Shown piece after piece: positions 7,777 to 14,887 of a stretch of 14,887 bases of DNA. The translations under genes were made by a program, and so were the position numbers. The notes beneath the pieces are model-generated. The model saw only the letters and a list, made by a program, of their open reading frames with translations, ran no database searches and was not told the DNA's origin. Position 1 is the first letter of the stretch, and every line of letters begins with the position of its first letter. This stretch comes from a virus (lineage: Duplodnaviria > Heunggongvirae > Uroviricota > Caudoviricetes): the IMG/VR virus record IMGVR_UViG_2617270938_000003; one strand, given 5' to 3'.

Positions 7777-7826
7777 TATGTGGACTAAGCATAGCCATTT
7801 ACAAATGGGGACATTGAGTCCACATA
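7777..7826. repeat. 50-bp two-fold symmetric site (nested inverted repeats around a central AC dinucleotide)
   Basis: TATGTGGACT-aagcatag-CCATTT-AC-AAATGG-ggacattg-AGTCCACATA. Outer 10-bp arms are perfect reverse complements, as are the inner 6-bp arms; both share the same centre (7801/7802). It lies in the intA / serine-recombinase intergenic region, about 170 bp upstream of the recombinase start. Confidence 0.6.
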
Positions 7827-7996
7827 ACGAAAGCTGTCGGTCATATCAGCTAAATAATTCACATCTCTTCTCGATTATCATACACCTCGAAGATCTACCA
7901 AATTCGCTCTAATCAATGATAAAACAGTTGAATTCGGTTAAAATTTGATCAATTTTATCCTCTACATTGTATTGAATCACCCATGAGGTTTCGTGC

Positions 7997-9553
7997 ATGG
8001 CTAGCGAAAATGACAAAAATCATAGAGTTAGGGTCGCGCAGTACTTGAGGATGTCTACCGACCATCAGCAATATTCTTTACATAATCAGTCCGAATATAT
8101 CAAAGATTATGCTGAAAAGAACAATATGGAAATCGCTTATACCTACGATGATGCAGGTAAGAGCGGAGTCAGTATCGTAGGCAGGCATTCTTTGCAGCAG
8201 TTACTTAGCGATGTAGAACAAAAGAAAATAGATATACAGGCTGTATTATTTTATGATGTGAGCCGTTTTGGTCGTTTTCAAAATAGTGATGAAGCGGCAT
8301 ATTATTCCTTTCTATTTGAGAGAAATGGTGTAGATCTTATATATTGTTCCGAACCTATACCCACTAAAGATTTCCCTTTAGAGTCCTCTGTTATACTGAA
8401 TATAAAAAGATCTAGTGCTGCATATCACAGCAGGAATTTATCTGAAAAGGTATTTATAGGGCAAGTAAATTTAATAAAGCTTGGTTATCATCAAGGCGGT
8501 ATGGCTGGTTATGGGCTGAGACGTCTTTTAGTAGACGAAAATGGCATAGCTAAAGAAATATTGAGTTTCCGCAAAAGAAAGAGTATTCAAACAGATAGGG
8601 TAATATTAATTCCGGGACCAAAAAATGAAATAAAAATTGTAAATAGAATATATGATCTCTTTATAGATAATAACGTCCCAGAATTCATTATTGCTGAGAG
8701 ATTAAATGAACAGAACATACCTGCAGAAAATGGAACATTATGGACTCGTGCAAAAATACATCAAATTTTGACAAATGAAAAATATATTGGAAACAACATA
8801 TATAACAAAACCTCATCTAAATTAAAAAGTAGGCTTGTAAAAAACCCCAAACATGAATGGGTTAGATGTGACAAGGCATATAAACCTATTATTTCAAAGA
8901 AAAAATACAATAAAGCTCAAGAAATAATTCAGCTCCGATCCATTCATTTGACTAATGAAGATCTATTAGAAAAACTAAAACAAAAATTAGAATCTAATGG
9001 AAAACTATCAGGCTTTATCATTGATGAAGATGATACAGGCCCTTCATCTTCTGTTTATAGAACCCGATTTGGTGGTCTTTTAAGAGCATATACTTTGATT
9101 GGTTATAAGCCAGAACATGATTACAGCTATCTCAAAATAAATGAAGCACTAAGATCATTTCACTCAGAGATAATTGAGGATTTTAAGGGTGAAATTTTAA
9201 AAAGTAACTGTCATATAGACGAGTATAAATATGCCCCAATGCTTTACATCAATGATGAGTTTTTAATTTCCATCCTTGTTACTAAATGCATACATATGAA
9301 ATCAGGTAAACTTAGATGGAAAGTCCGGTTTGATAACTCACAGAAAGCAGACATAACAATTGTTATACGAATGAATTCACAAAATATTTCACCTCTTGAT
9401 TTTTATATCATACCAAAGATTGAAAACGAATATAATAAAATGTGTATGACGGAAACAAACAACATTCGATTAGATCTCTATAGATTTGATAATCTTGATA
9501 AACTTCTACAAATTATTACTCGCATGAAAGTGAGGGAACTATATGCTGCCTGA
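7997..9553 (+). CDS. Large serine recombinase (resolvase/invertase catalytic domain plus recombinase domain)
   Basis: N-terminus RVAQYLRMSTDHQ matches the serine-recombinase active-site motif (YxRxSTxxQ, nucleophile about Ser20, codon near 8054). Resolvase-like block ...DDAGKSGVSIVGRHSLQQLL...VLFYDVSRFGR and recombinase-domain-like block GYHQGGMAGYGLRR...LWTRAKIHQILTNEKYIGN follow. No classical CxxC zinc-ribbon seen in the C-terminal third. GAGG 8 nt upstream of ATG; very AT-rich. Confidence 0.8.
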   Translation: MASENDKNHRVRVAQYLRMSTDHQQYSLHNQSEYIKDYAEKNNMEIAYTYDDAGKSGVSIVGRHSLQQLLSDVEQKKIDIQAVLFYDVSRFGRFQNSDEAAYYSFLFERNGVDLIYCSEPIPTKDFPLESSVILNIKRSSAAYHSRNLSEKVFIGQVNLIKLGYHQGGMAGYGLRRLLVDENGIAKEILSFRKRKSIQTDRVILIPGPKNEIKIVNRIYDLFIDNNVPEFIIAERLNEQNIPAENGTLWTRAKIHQILTNEKYIGNNIYNKTSSKLKSRLVKNPKHEWVRCDKAYKPIISKKKYNKAQEIIQLRSIHLTNEDLLEKLKQKLESNGKLSGFIIDEDDTGPSSSVYRTRFGGLLRAYTLIGYKPEHDYSYLKINEALRSFHSEIIEDFKGEILKSNCHIDEYKYAPMLYINDEFLISILVTKCIHMKSGKLRWKVRFDNSQKADITIVIRMNSQNISPLDFYIIPKIENEYNKMCMTETNNIRLDLYRFDNLDKLLQIITRMKVRELYAA

Positions 9554-10439
9554 AAAAAATGAATTCCCAATAATTCAAATTGAGATTGCAAAAATAAAAT
9601 TTCTTAACCCACGAACAAGAAATAAGTTAGTGCATGAAGAAATAAAGGAAAGCATAAAAAAAAGAGGATTAAGCAAGCCTATAAGCGTAAGAGCTATTGA
9701 TGAAGGCGATTTCAAATATGCTTTAATTTGTGGTCAAGGGAGAATAGAGGCTCTCGTTGCATTAGGTGAAACTATTATTCCAGCAATTATAAGAGATGTA
9801 TCAGAAGAAGATGCTTACGTTATGAGTTTAGTTGAAAACATTGCAAGGAGAAGACCACGTTCTAATGAGTTATTACAGGTGATTAAAGACATGAAAATCA
9901 GAGGACTTTCAGACTCCGAAATAAGTGAGATTACTGGATATTCATCGAACTGGGTGAGCAGTATTAATATGCTACTTGATAAGGGAGAGCATAAACTTCT
10001 CTCAGCAGTCGAACGGGGTAATTTGCCTCTGTATCTCGCAGTGCAATTTGCAAGATGTGAAACTGAGGAAGCACAAGATATTCTTACCGAAGCATATGAT
10101 AAAAAATTAATAAAAAGTCGGGACATTATAAAGATAAAACACATTCTAAATCAAAGAACAGTTGGGAATAAAGGTGCAAAAGCAGCCGGATTTTATTATC
10201 ACAAACCATCAAAAAGGATGACTGCAGAGGAGTTGATTGAGCTTTATGAAAATAGTATCGCTGAACATAAATCTGTTTATAACAACTCAAAATTCATAAA
10301 AACCAACCTACTAATAGTAAATGAGATTTTTAACATCATAATGATGAATAAAAGCTTTCAACATATACTTGAACAAGAGAATCTTTCAGAACTACCATCT
10401 CAGATATTAACCCCAGTAAACAAAGAGGTATTAAAATGA
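9543..10439 (+). CDS. ParB/Srx-fold protein with HTH (ParB-like N-terminal domain), 298 aa
   Basis: Collinear with the chromosomal ParB N-terminal domain: ...NPR..., GQGRIEA at 9732-9752 (ParB GERRxRA-type arginine motif), IPAIIRDVSEEDAYVMSLVENIARR (ParB box ENLQR-like), then an HTH-like LSDSEISEITGYSSNWVSS. Start overlaps the recombinase stop by 11 nt, with GAGGGA 6 nt upstream. Confidence 0.75.
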   Translation: MLPEKNEFPIIQIEIAKIKFLNPRTRNKLVHEEIKESIKKRGLSKPISVRAIDEGDFKYALICGQGRIEALVALGETIIPAIIRDVSEEDAYVMSLVENIARRRPRSNELLQVIKDMKIRGLSDSEISEITGYSSNWVSSINMLLDKGEHKLLSAVERGNLPLYLAVQFARCETEEAQDILTEAYDKKLIKSRDIIKIKHILNQRTVGNKGAKAAGFYYHKPSKRMTAEELIELYENSIAEHKSVYNNSKFIKTNLLIVNEIFNIIMMNKSFQHILEQENLSELPSQILTPVNKEVLK

Positions 10440-11332
10440 TTCAGATACGTTTTGGCGATAATTTTATTTACCTGGAAACTAATAAGTTAATTCCATCTAA
10501 GGAATTATTAGAAAACGTAAAGCGAAGCCATAAATATCATCAAATAGTTACCTCTATCGAAAGCTTAGGTATTATTGAACCAATAATAGTATTCTATGAC
10601 AAAGATAAAGATGTCACTAAGATACTTGATGGCCATTTAAGGGTTGAGGCTTTAAAAGACTTAGGTATAGAAAAAGCTCCATGTATACTTTCGAGCATAG
10701 ATGATGCTTTCACTCCTAACAAACAAGTGAATCATATAAATGTAGTTGAAGAACATAGAATGATAATTAAGTCTCTGGCAAAAGTATCAATTGAAAAACT
10801 TAGTGCTGCTTTGGGCATATCTGTTGATGCCATAAAAGATAAAGCGAATGTGATGAACGGCATAGATCCAAGTGTAATTGCGAAACTTTCTGATAAACCT
10901 ATACCTAAGGCTACATTTGACGTTTTGAGGAAAATGAAGCCAATTCGCCAAATTGAAGCAGTCGGTACAATGATTAATTTTGATAATTATAGTAAAAAAT
11001 TTGCAATGAGCATCTTGGATGCAACACCGGCATCGATGATAGTAAATAAAGGGAAAAACACTCCCTATAAAAAGGATATAAAAAAAACCATACTTCGTCT
11101 GGAACAAGAAATGGCAACAACTTCGGAAGAAACGAAAAAGCTTCAAACCGAGTATGGTTCAGATATGTTGAAATTCGTTATAATCCAGTCATATATTAAT
11201 AAATTACTTGGCAATTCTAAAGTTCTTCATTGGTTCTTAGAAAACGAGGTTGATTATCTTAATGAGTTAAAAAGAATTTCTAGAATAAATTCTTTGGATG
11301 ATAAGACTCTTACTGAAAACAGCAAGTCATAG
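10436..11332 (+). CDS. Second ParB/Srx-fold protein, divergent paralogue-like, 298 aa
   Basis: N-terminal segment IIEPIIVFYDKDKDVTKILDGHLRVEALKDLGIEKAPCIL (DGHLRVEA at 10628-10651) has the ParB/Srx arrangement of a beta-strand, Gly/Arg motif and hydrophobic helix. ATGA start/stop overlap with the upstream gene, AGAGG SD. Same length as its neighbour. Confidence 0.6.
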   Translation: MIQIRFGDNFIYLETNKLIPSKELLENVKRSHKYHQIVTSIESLGIIEPIIVFYDKDKDVTKILDGHLRVEALKDLGIEKAPCILSSIDDAFTPNKQVNHINVVEEHRMIIKSLAKVSIEKLSAALGISVDAIKDKANVMNGIDPSVIAKLSDKPIPKATFDVLRKMKPIRQIEAVGTMINFDNYSKKFAMSILDATPASMIVNKGKNTPYKKDIKKTILRLEQEMATTSEETKKLQTEYGSDMLKFVIIQSYINKLLGNSKVLHWFLENEVDYLNELKRISRINSLDDKTLTENSKS

Positions 11333-12560
11333 TCATGTTTTATATAGCCTAAATAAACCAAGAAGTATACTTACACAACGACCTTCACGCCGAAGAAGCT
11401 GTCAGATACGCCAGCAACCAAAGCATTACGTTTAAGTGTCAGTCATTGATACGAAGGGATAACTGCGTATCAGCAGCCGGACATTGAGTCGAATAAAGGC
11501 TGGTAGAGAGGGACAGTTCTGTGTCACCGGGAGATTCGTCAGAAACATCAGCGGCAGAACAGATGAACCAGCAATTGGTAGTGCACAGAAAACTCTCCAG
11601 TATTTAATTATTCAACTTAACACTAAAAAAAATCACATATTTAATATCATAATTTTTCTTTGGTCTACGTATGCGAGAGTTATTGTGGCTTTAACCGGGT
11701 ATTAGGAGTCGTTTCAGATAAAAGATGTTCTTCGATTCGACTGGACTTGGTAATAGCAATAAGTAATCGTTAATATTGAAGGACGAAAGGCTACTTCAAA
11801 ACAAAGTAACCTTTCCAATATTCCCATCTATGGGACAAGTGGTACATTAACTGCACATAGTGCAGGATACATATGACATAAAACTTTTTATTTATGGCAT
11901 ACATTATAAATAACTTGTATTTTATGAATGTCAATAGGTTCTTGTTTAATACTTTTAAAATAATTAATTGATTGTTTTTATTATAGCTTCGCTTGTACAA
12001 GCGAAGATCCTATTGTTCTTGAATGAATAATGCCAATTATAAGAGAAGCAAGGGCTAACTCTGCGAAGCCGCTGCGCTTGCTTCTTCGAGTTCCCCTTGC
12101 TTTTCTGCCCTTCGGTTAGAAAAGAAGCCAAACTGCTACCAACCTTGAATCTCTATATTTTTGAATAGACAAACATTACCCGCTCCCTTAATCACCACTA
12201 TCAAACATAAAAAATCATCTTACAAATAACCCCATACACATCATTTTAGATTGCGACCTTATTAAATTAAAAATTCAACCTTAGATGGAATTTAATGTAC
12301 AAGGAGTGTCCTACTGTAACGGAGAATTTTAAACATTAAAAATTACAACTATGGTTTGTCATAGCCTGTACATCTATTCACCTCATGCATATGCACTAAG
12401 AAAGCTTTTTTGAATACTGGAGTTGTCCCTGCTAAAACGGACACGGCTAATTAACTGCTAATATGGCATCACGATATTCGCGTGGCGATTTCATGTTCAA
12501 CCCCTTGTGTGGATGCAGATTATTATAATCCTCTATCTATTCTGCCATTGTTTCCATCAT

Positions 12561-12767
12561 TTAGACTGCATCCAGCAGATCATCTACGTACACATAATCC
12601 CGCTTGAACGTCTTTACAAACGATTCTGCCATGCCGTTACTTCCCGGACTGCGTACTGGTGTAGTACACACGATGAACCACAGTGAACTAGCGAATGTGC
12701 GCGTGGCATCGGCTGTGCAGCAATTATGCCAATGACACTGGCTCCATTGACGGCAATGACCTGACAT
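12561..12767 (-). pseudogene. Remnant of an IS3-family (IS2-group) transposase orfB
   Basis: Translation ...TRTFASSLWFIVCTTPVRSPGSNGMAESFVKTFKRDYV matches the DDE-glutamate region of IS2 InsD (...[38 protein letters not shown]...) as recalled. The reading frame is only 68 codons, with neither the N-terminal catalytic region nor the normal C-terminus intact. Confidence 0.6.
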
Positions 12768-12927
12768 CTACAATCCCGCTACAAAGCATTTACTCCATGA
12801 GTCATTGCACTTGCTGAGCTACACGAACACACTAAAACCAGATAATAATTAATCGCTGTATAAGCTCGTAACAAGCGGAACTTTAAGGCAAAATAGGGCC
12901 ATCTTCCACCTTCACAAAGTTACGCTA

Positions 12928-14475
12928 ATGGCCAGAAAACCTAAAGAAATCAAAACAGACCCGTTAGAGGTCATCCTGTGGAAAGCGGCTGACAAGCTAC
13001 GTAAGAACATTGATGCAGCCGAGTACAAGCATGTCGTGCTGGGCCTGATTTTCCTTAAGTATATTTCTGATTCTTTTGAATCTCATTATGAGTTGCTGAA
13101 GGCTGGTGAAGGCGAGTTCGCAGGCGCTGACCCGGAAGATAGAGACGAGTACACCGCTTACAACATTTTCTTTGTCCCTGAGCTTGCACGCTGGAACTAT
13201 CTAATATCTAAGGCAAAGCTACCCGAAATCGGTAAGCTGGTTGATGATGCTATGGAGCTTATCGAAGCGGGTAACCCACAGCTAAAAGGTGCGCTGCCGA
13301 AAGTCTACGCTCGCCAGAACCTCGACGCAACTGTGCTGGGTGAACTGATAGATCTGATTGGCAACATTGCACTGGGAGATGCCAAAGCGCGTTCTGCTGA
13401 TGTATTAGGCCACGTATTCGAATACTTCCTTGGTGAATTTGCACTGGCAGAAGGCAAACAGGGCGGTCAGTTCTATACGCCAAAATCCATCGTAAGCCTG
13501 CTGGTTAACATGCTGGAACCCTATAAAGGCCGAGTCTTTGACCCTTGCTGCGGTTCCGGTGGTATGTTCGTTCAGTCAGAAAAATTTGTTGAAGCGCATC
13601 AGGGAAATATTGACGATATTTCGATTTACGGTCAGGAATCCAACCAGACCACCTGGCGTCTGGCAAAAATGAACCTGGCTATCCGGGGTATCAATTCAGA
13701 ACACGTCCGCTGGAACAGTGAAGGCTCATTCCTTAACGATGCCCACAAAGATCTAAAATCTGATTTTATCATTGCCAATCCACCGTTTAACGTGTCTGAC
13801 TGGTCCGGTGAGCAGCTTCGTGGCGATGCCCGTTGGCAATACGGTATCCCACCTACCGGGAATGCTAACTTTGCCTGGATGCAGCATTTTCTGTATCACC
13901 TGTCGCCAAAAGGTCAGGCTGGTGTTGTACTGGCAAAAGGGGCTTTAACATCTAAAAGTTCTGGTGAAGGTGATATCCGTGCCGCACTGGTAAAAGATGC
14001 CAATGTGATTGACTGTATCGTAAATTTACCTGCAAAACTGTTCCTGAACACCCAGATCCCTGCGGCGTTATGGTTTATGCGTCGTGATCGTGAAAATAGC
14101 AGCCAATATCGTGATCGCAGTAAAGAAATTCTGTTTATTGATGCCCGGAATTTAGGCCATTTAATTAATCGTCGAACCAAAGTCCTGTCTGACTACGATA
14201 TTAAAACCATAGCCGATACCTACCATAACTGGCGTAACAAAGGTGGCGACTACGAAGACGTCGCTGGTTTCTGTGCGTCAGTAGACATTGCTGAAGTTGC
14301 TAAACTCGATTATGTGCTGACACCTGGCCGTTATGTTGGTCTTGCTGATGAAGAAGACGATTTCGACTTTAAAGAACGCTTTACGGCTCTTAAAGCTGAG
14401 TTTGAAGCGCAACTGGAAGAAGAGGCGCGTCTGAACAGAGCCATCGTTGATAATCTGGCGAAGGTGGTTTTATGA
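12928..14475 (+). CDS. hsdM: Type I restriction-modification system DNA methyltransferase subunit HsdM
   Basis: 515-aa ORF with the N6-adenine methyltransferase motifs: AdoMet-binding motif [13 protein letters not shown] and catalytic motif IV NPPF ([12 protein letters not shown]). Typical HsdM N-terminal helical region and acidic coiled C-terminus; stop overlaps the next gene's ATG (ATGA). Confidence 0.9.
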   Translation: MARKPKEIKTDPLEVILWKAADKLRKNIDAAEYKHVVLGLIFLKYISDSFESHYELLKAGEGEFAGADPEDRDEYTAYNIFFVPELARWNYLISKAKLPEIGKLVDDAMELIEAGNPQLKGALPKVYARQNLDATVLGELIDLIGNIALGDAKARSADVLGHVFEYFLGEFALAEGKQGGQFYTPKSIVSLLVNMLEPYKGRVFDPCCGSGGMFVQSEKFVEAHQGNIDDISIYGQESNQTTWRLAKMNLAIRGINSEHVRWNSEGSFLNDAHKDLKSDFIIANPPFNVSDWSGEQLRGDARWQYGIPPTGNANFAWMQHFLYHLSPKGQAGVVLAKGALTSKSSGEGDIRAALVKDANVIDCIVNLPAKLFLNTQIPAALWFMRRDRENSSQYRDRSKEILFIDARNLGHLINRRTKVLSDYDIKTIADTYHNWRNKGGDYEDVAGFCASVDIAEVAKLDYVLTPGRYVGLADEEDDFDFKERFTALKAEFEAQLEEEARLNRAIVDNLAKVVL

Positions 14476-14518
14476 GTAGGTGGAGAAATTTTTGTATAAC
14501 TGAATTAGCAGATTTTTG
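14472..14518 (+). pseudogene. hsdS: 5' stub of hsdS (type I specificity subunit) truncated by IS1 insertion
   Basis: ATG at 14472 overlaps the hsdM stop, with AAGGTGG SD upstream. It encodes [16 protein letters not shown] and then runs straight into the IS1 terminal sequence at 14519, hitting a stop seven codons later. Confidence 0.6.
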
Positions 14519-14887
14519 GGTAATGACTCCAACTTATTGATAGTGTTTTATGTTCAGATAATGCCCGATGACTTTGTCATGCAGCTCCACCGATTTTGAG
14601 AACGACAGCGACTTCCGTCCCAGCCGTGCCAGGTGCTGCCTCAGATTCAGGTTATGCCGCTCAATTCGCTGCGTATATCGCTTGCTGATTACGTGCAGCT
14701 TTCCCTTCAGGCGGGATTCATACAGCGGCCAGCCATCCGTCATCCATATCACCACGTCAAAGGGTGACAGCAGGCTCATAAGACGCCCCAGCGTCGCCAT
14801 AGTGCGCTCACCGAATACGTGCGCAACAACCGTCTTCCGGAGACTGTCATACGCGTAAAACAGCCAGCGCTGGCGCGATTTAGCCCC
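14519..14887 (-). mobile_element. IS1 insertion sequence (partial; continues beyond window end)
   Basis: Begins with the characteristic IS1 terminal sequence GGTAATGACTCCAACTTATTGATAGTGTTTTATGTTCAGATAATG. The following DNA is the reverse complement of the insB end of IS1; the encoded protein ends ...[23 protein letters not shown], as in IS1 InsB. Confidence 0.9.
14534..14887 (-). CDS. insB: IS1 transposase InsB / InsAB' C-terminal portion (5' part lies beyond the window)
   Basis: Minus-strand frame encodes ...[88 protein letters not shown]. The frame stays open upstream to the window edge. Confidence 0.85.
   Translation of the reverse strand, partial: GAKSRQRWLFYAYDSLRKTVVAHVFGERTMATLGRLMSLLSPFDVVIWMTDGWPLYESRLKGKLHVISKRYTQRIERHNLNLRQHLARLGRKSLSFSKSVELHDKVIGHYLNIKHYQ

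Noticed and set aside
9815-11146. Minus-strand ORFs 9815-10144 and 10787-11146 inside the ParB-like genes
   Set aside because: Cys/Phe-rich low-complexity translations of AT-rich antisense sequence with no start context; considered spurious.
9543-11332. Plasmid or chromosome partition (parAB) locus
   Set aside because: Both proteins have ParB-type N-terminal features, but no ParA/Walker-type ATPase gene is encoded anywhere in the window. The genes are instead co-transcribed with a serine recombinase.
11484-12000. Short ORFs 11484-11705 (+) and 11791-12000 (-) in the AT-rich scar region
   Set aside because: No ribosome-binding site, highly biased composition (Ile/Asn/Lys/Tyr-rich), and no recognisable motif; most likely chance frames in AT-rich DNA.
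11985-12010. Hairpin CTTCGCTTG-TACA-CAAGCGAAG as a rho-independent terminator
   Set aside because: Perfect 9-bp stem, but no U-tract follows on either strand and no gene ends nearby, so it is not annotated as a terminator. It may be a structural or recombination remnant.
13259-14180. Minus-strand ORFs 13259-13483 and 13914-14180 within hsdM
   Set aside because: Antisense shadow frames inside a gene with unambiguous methyltransferase motifs.
14568-14858. Plus-strand 96-aa ORF within IS1
   Set aside because: It is the antisense frame of the IS1 transposase gene; the IS1 coding strand here is the minus strand.
1-14887. CRISPR array or other regularly spaced short direct repeats
   Set aside because: Visual scan found no series of regularly spaced identical repeats of 20-40 bp on either strand; the AT-rich regions contain only simple low-complexity runs.

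Overview
This window is a mosaic of horizontally acquired DNA of the kind found at the ssrA (tmRNA) integration hotspot in Enterobacteriaceae; the E. coli/Shigella-like host is an inference from IS1, an IntA-like integrase and yfdPQR-like genes. Everything below is read from the sequence and the ORF track by eye, with no searches run. Two gene cassettes match no named system I can recall and are the main candidates for something undescribed. Left to right: (1) 1-4272, the right arm of a lambdoid/P22-like prophage of the CPS-53/KplE1 type, with yfdP/yfdQ/yfdR-like early genes, an AT-rich polytopic membrane gene, a small Xis-like gene and a tyrosine integrase. (2) 4264-6134, a tightly coupled three-gene minus-strand operon between that integrase and the att core, encoding a GHKL-type ATPase with all three ATP-lid motifs, a small STAS-like protein and a single-pass membrane protein. 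(3) 6287-6318, a copy of the 3' end of tmRNA without the rest of ssrA (an att core), followed by a terminator. (4) 6485-7714, a P4-type IntA-like integrase starting a second, tandem island. (5) 7777-7826, a 50-bp two-fold symmetric site. (6) 7997-11332, a very AT-rich operon of a large serine recombinase and two equal-length ParB/Srx-fold proteins, with no ParA. (7) 11333-12927, an AT-rich gene-poor scar containing an IS2-group transposase pseudogene. (8) 12928 to the end, a type I restriction-modification hsdM whose hsdS is cut after about 16 codons by an IS1 element that runs off the window.
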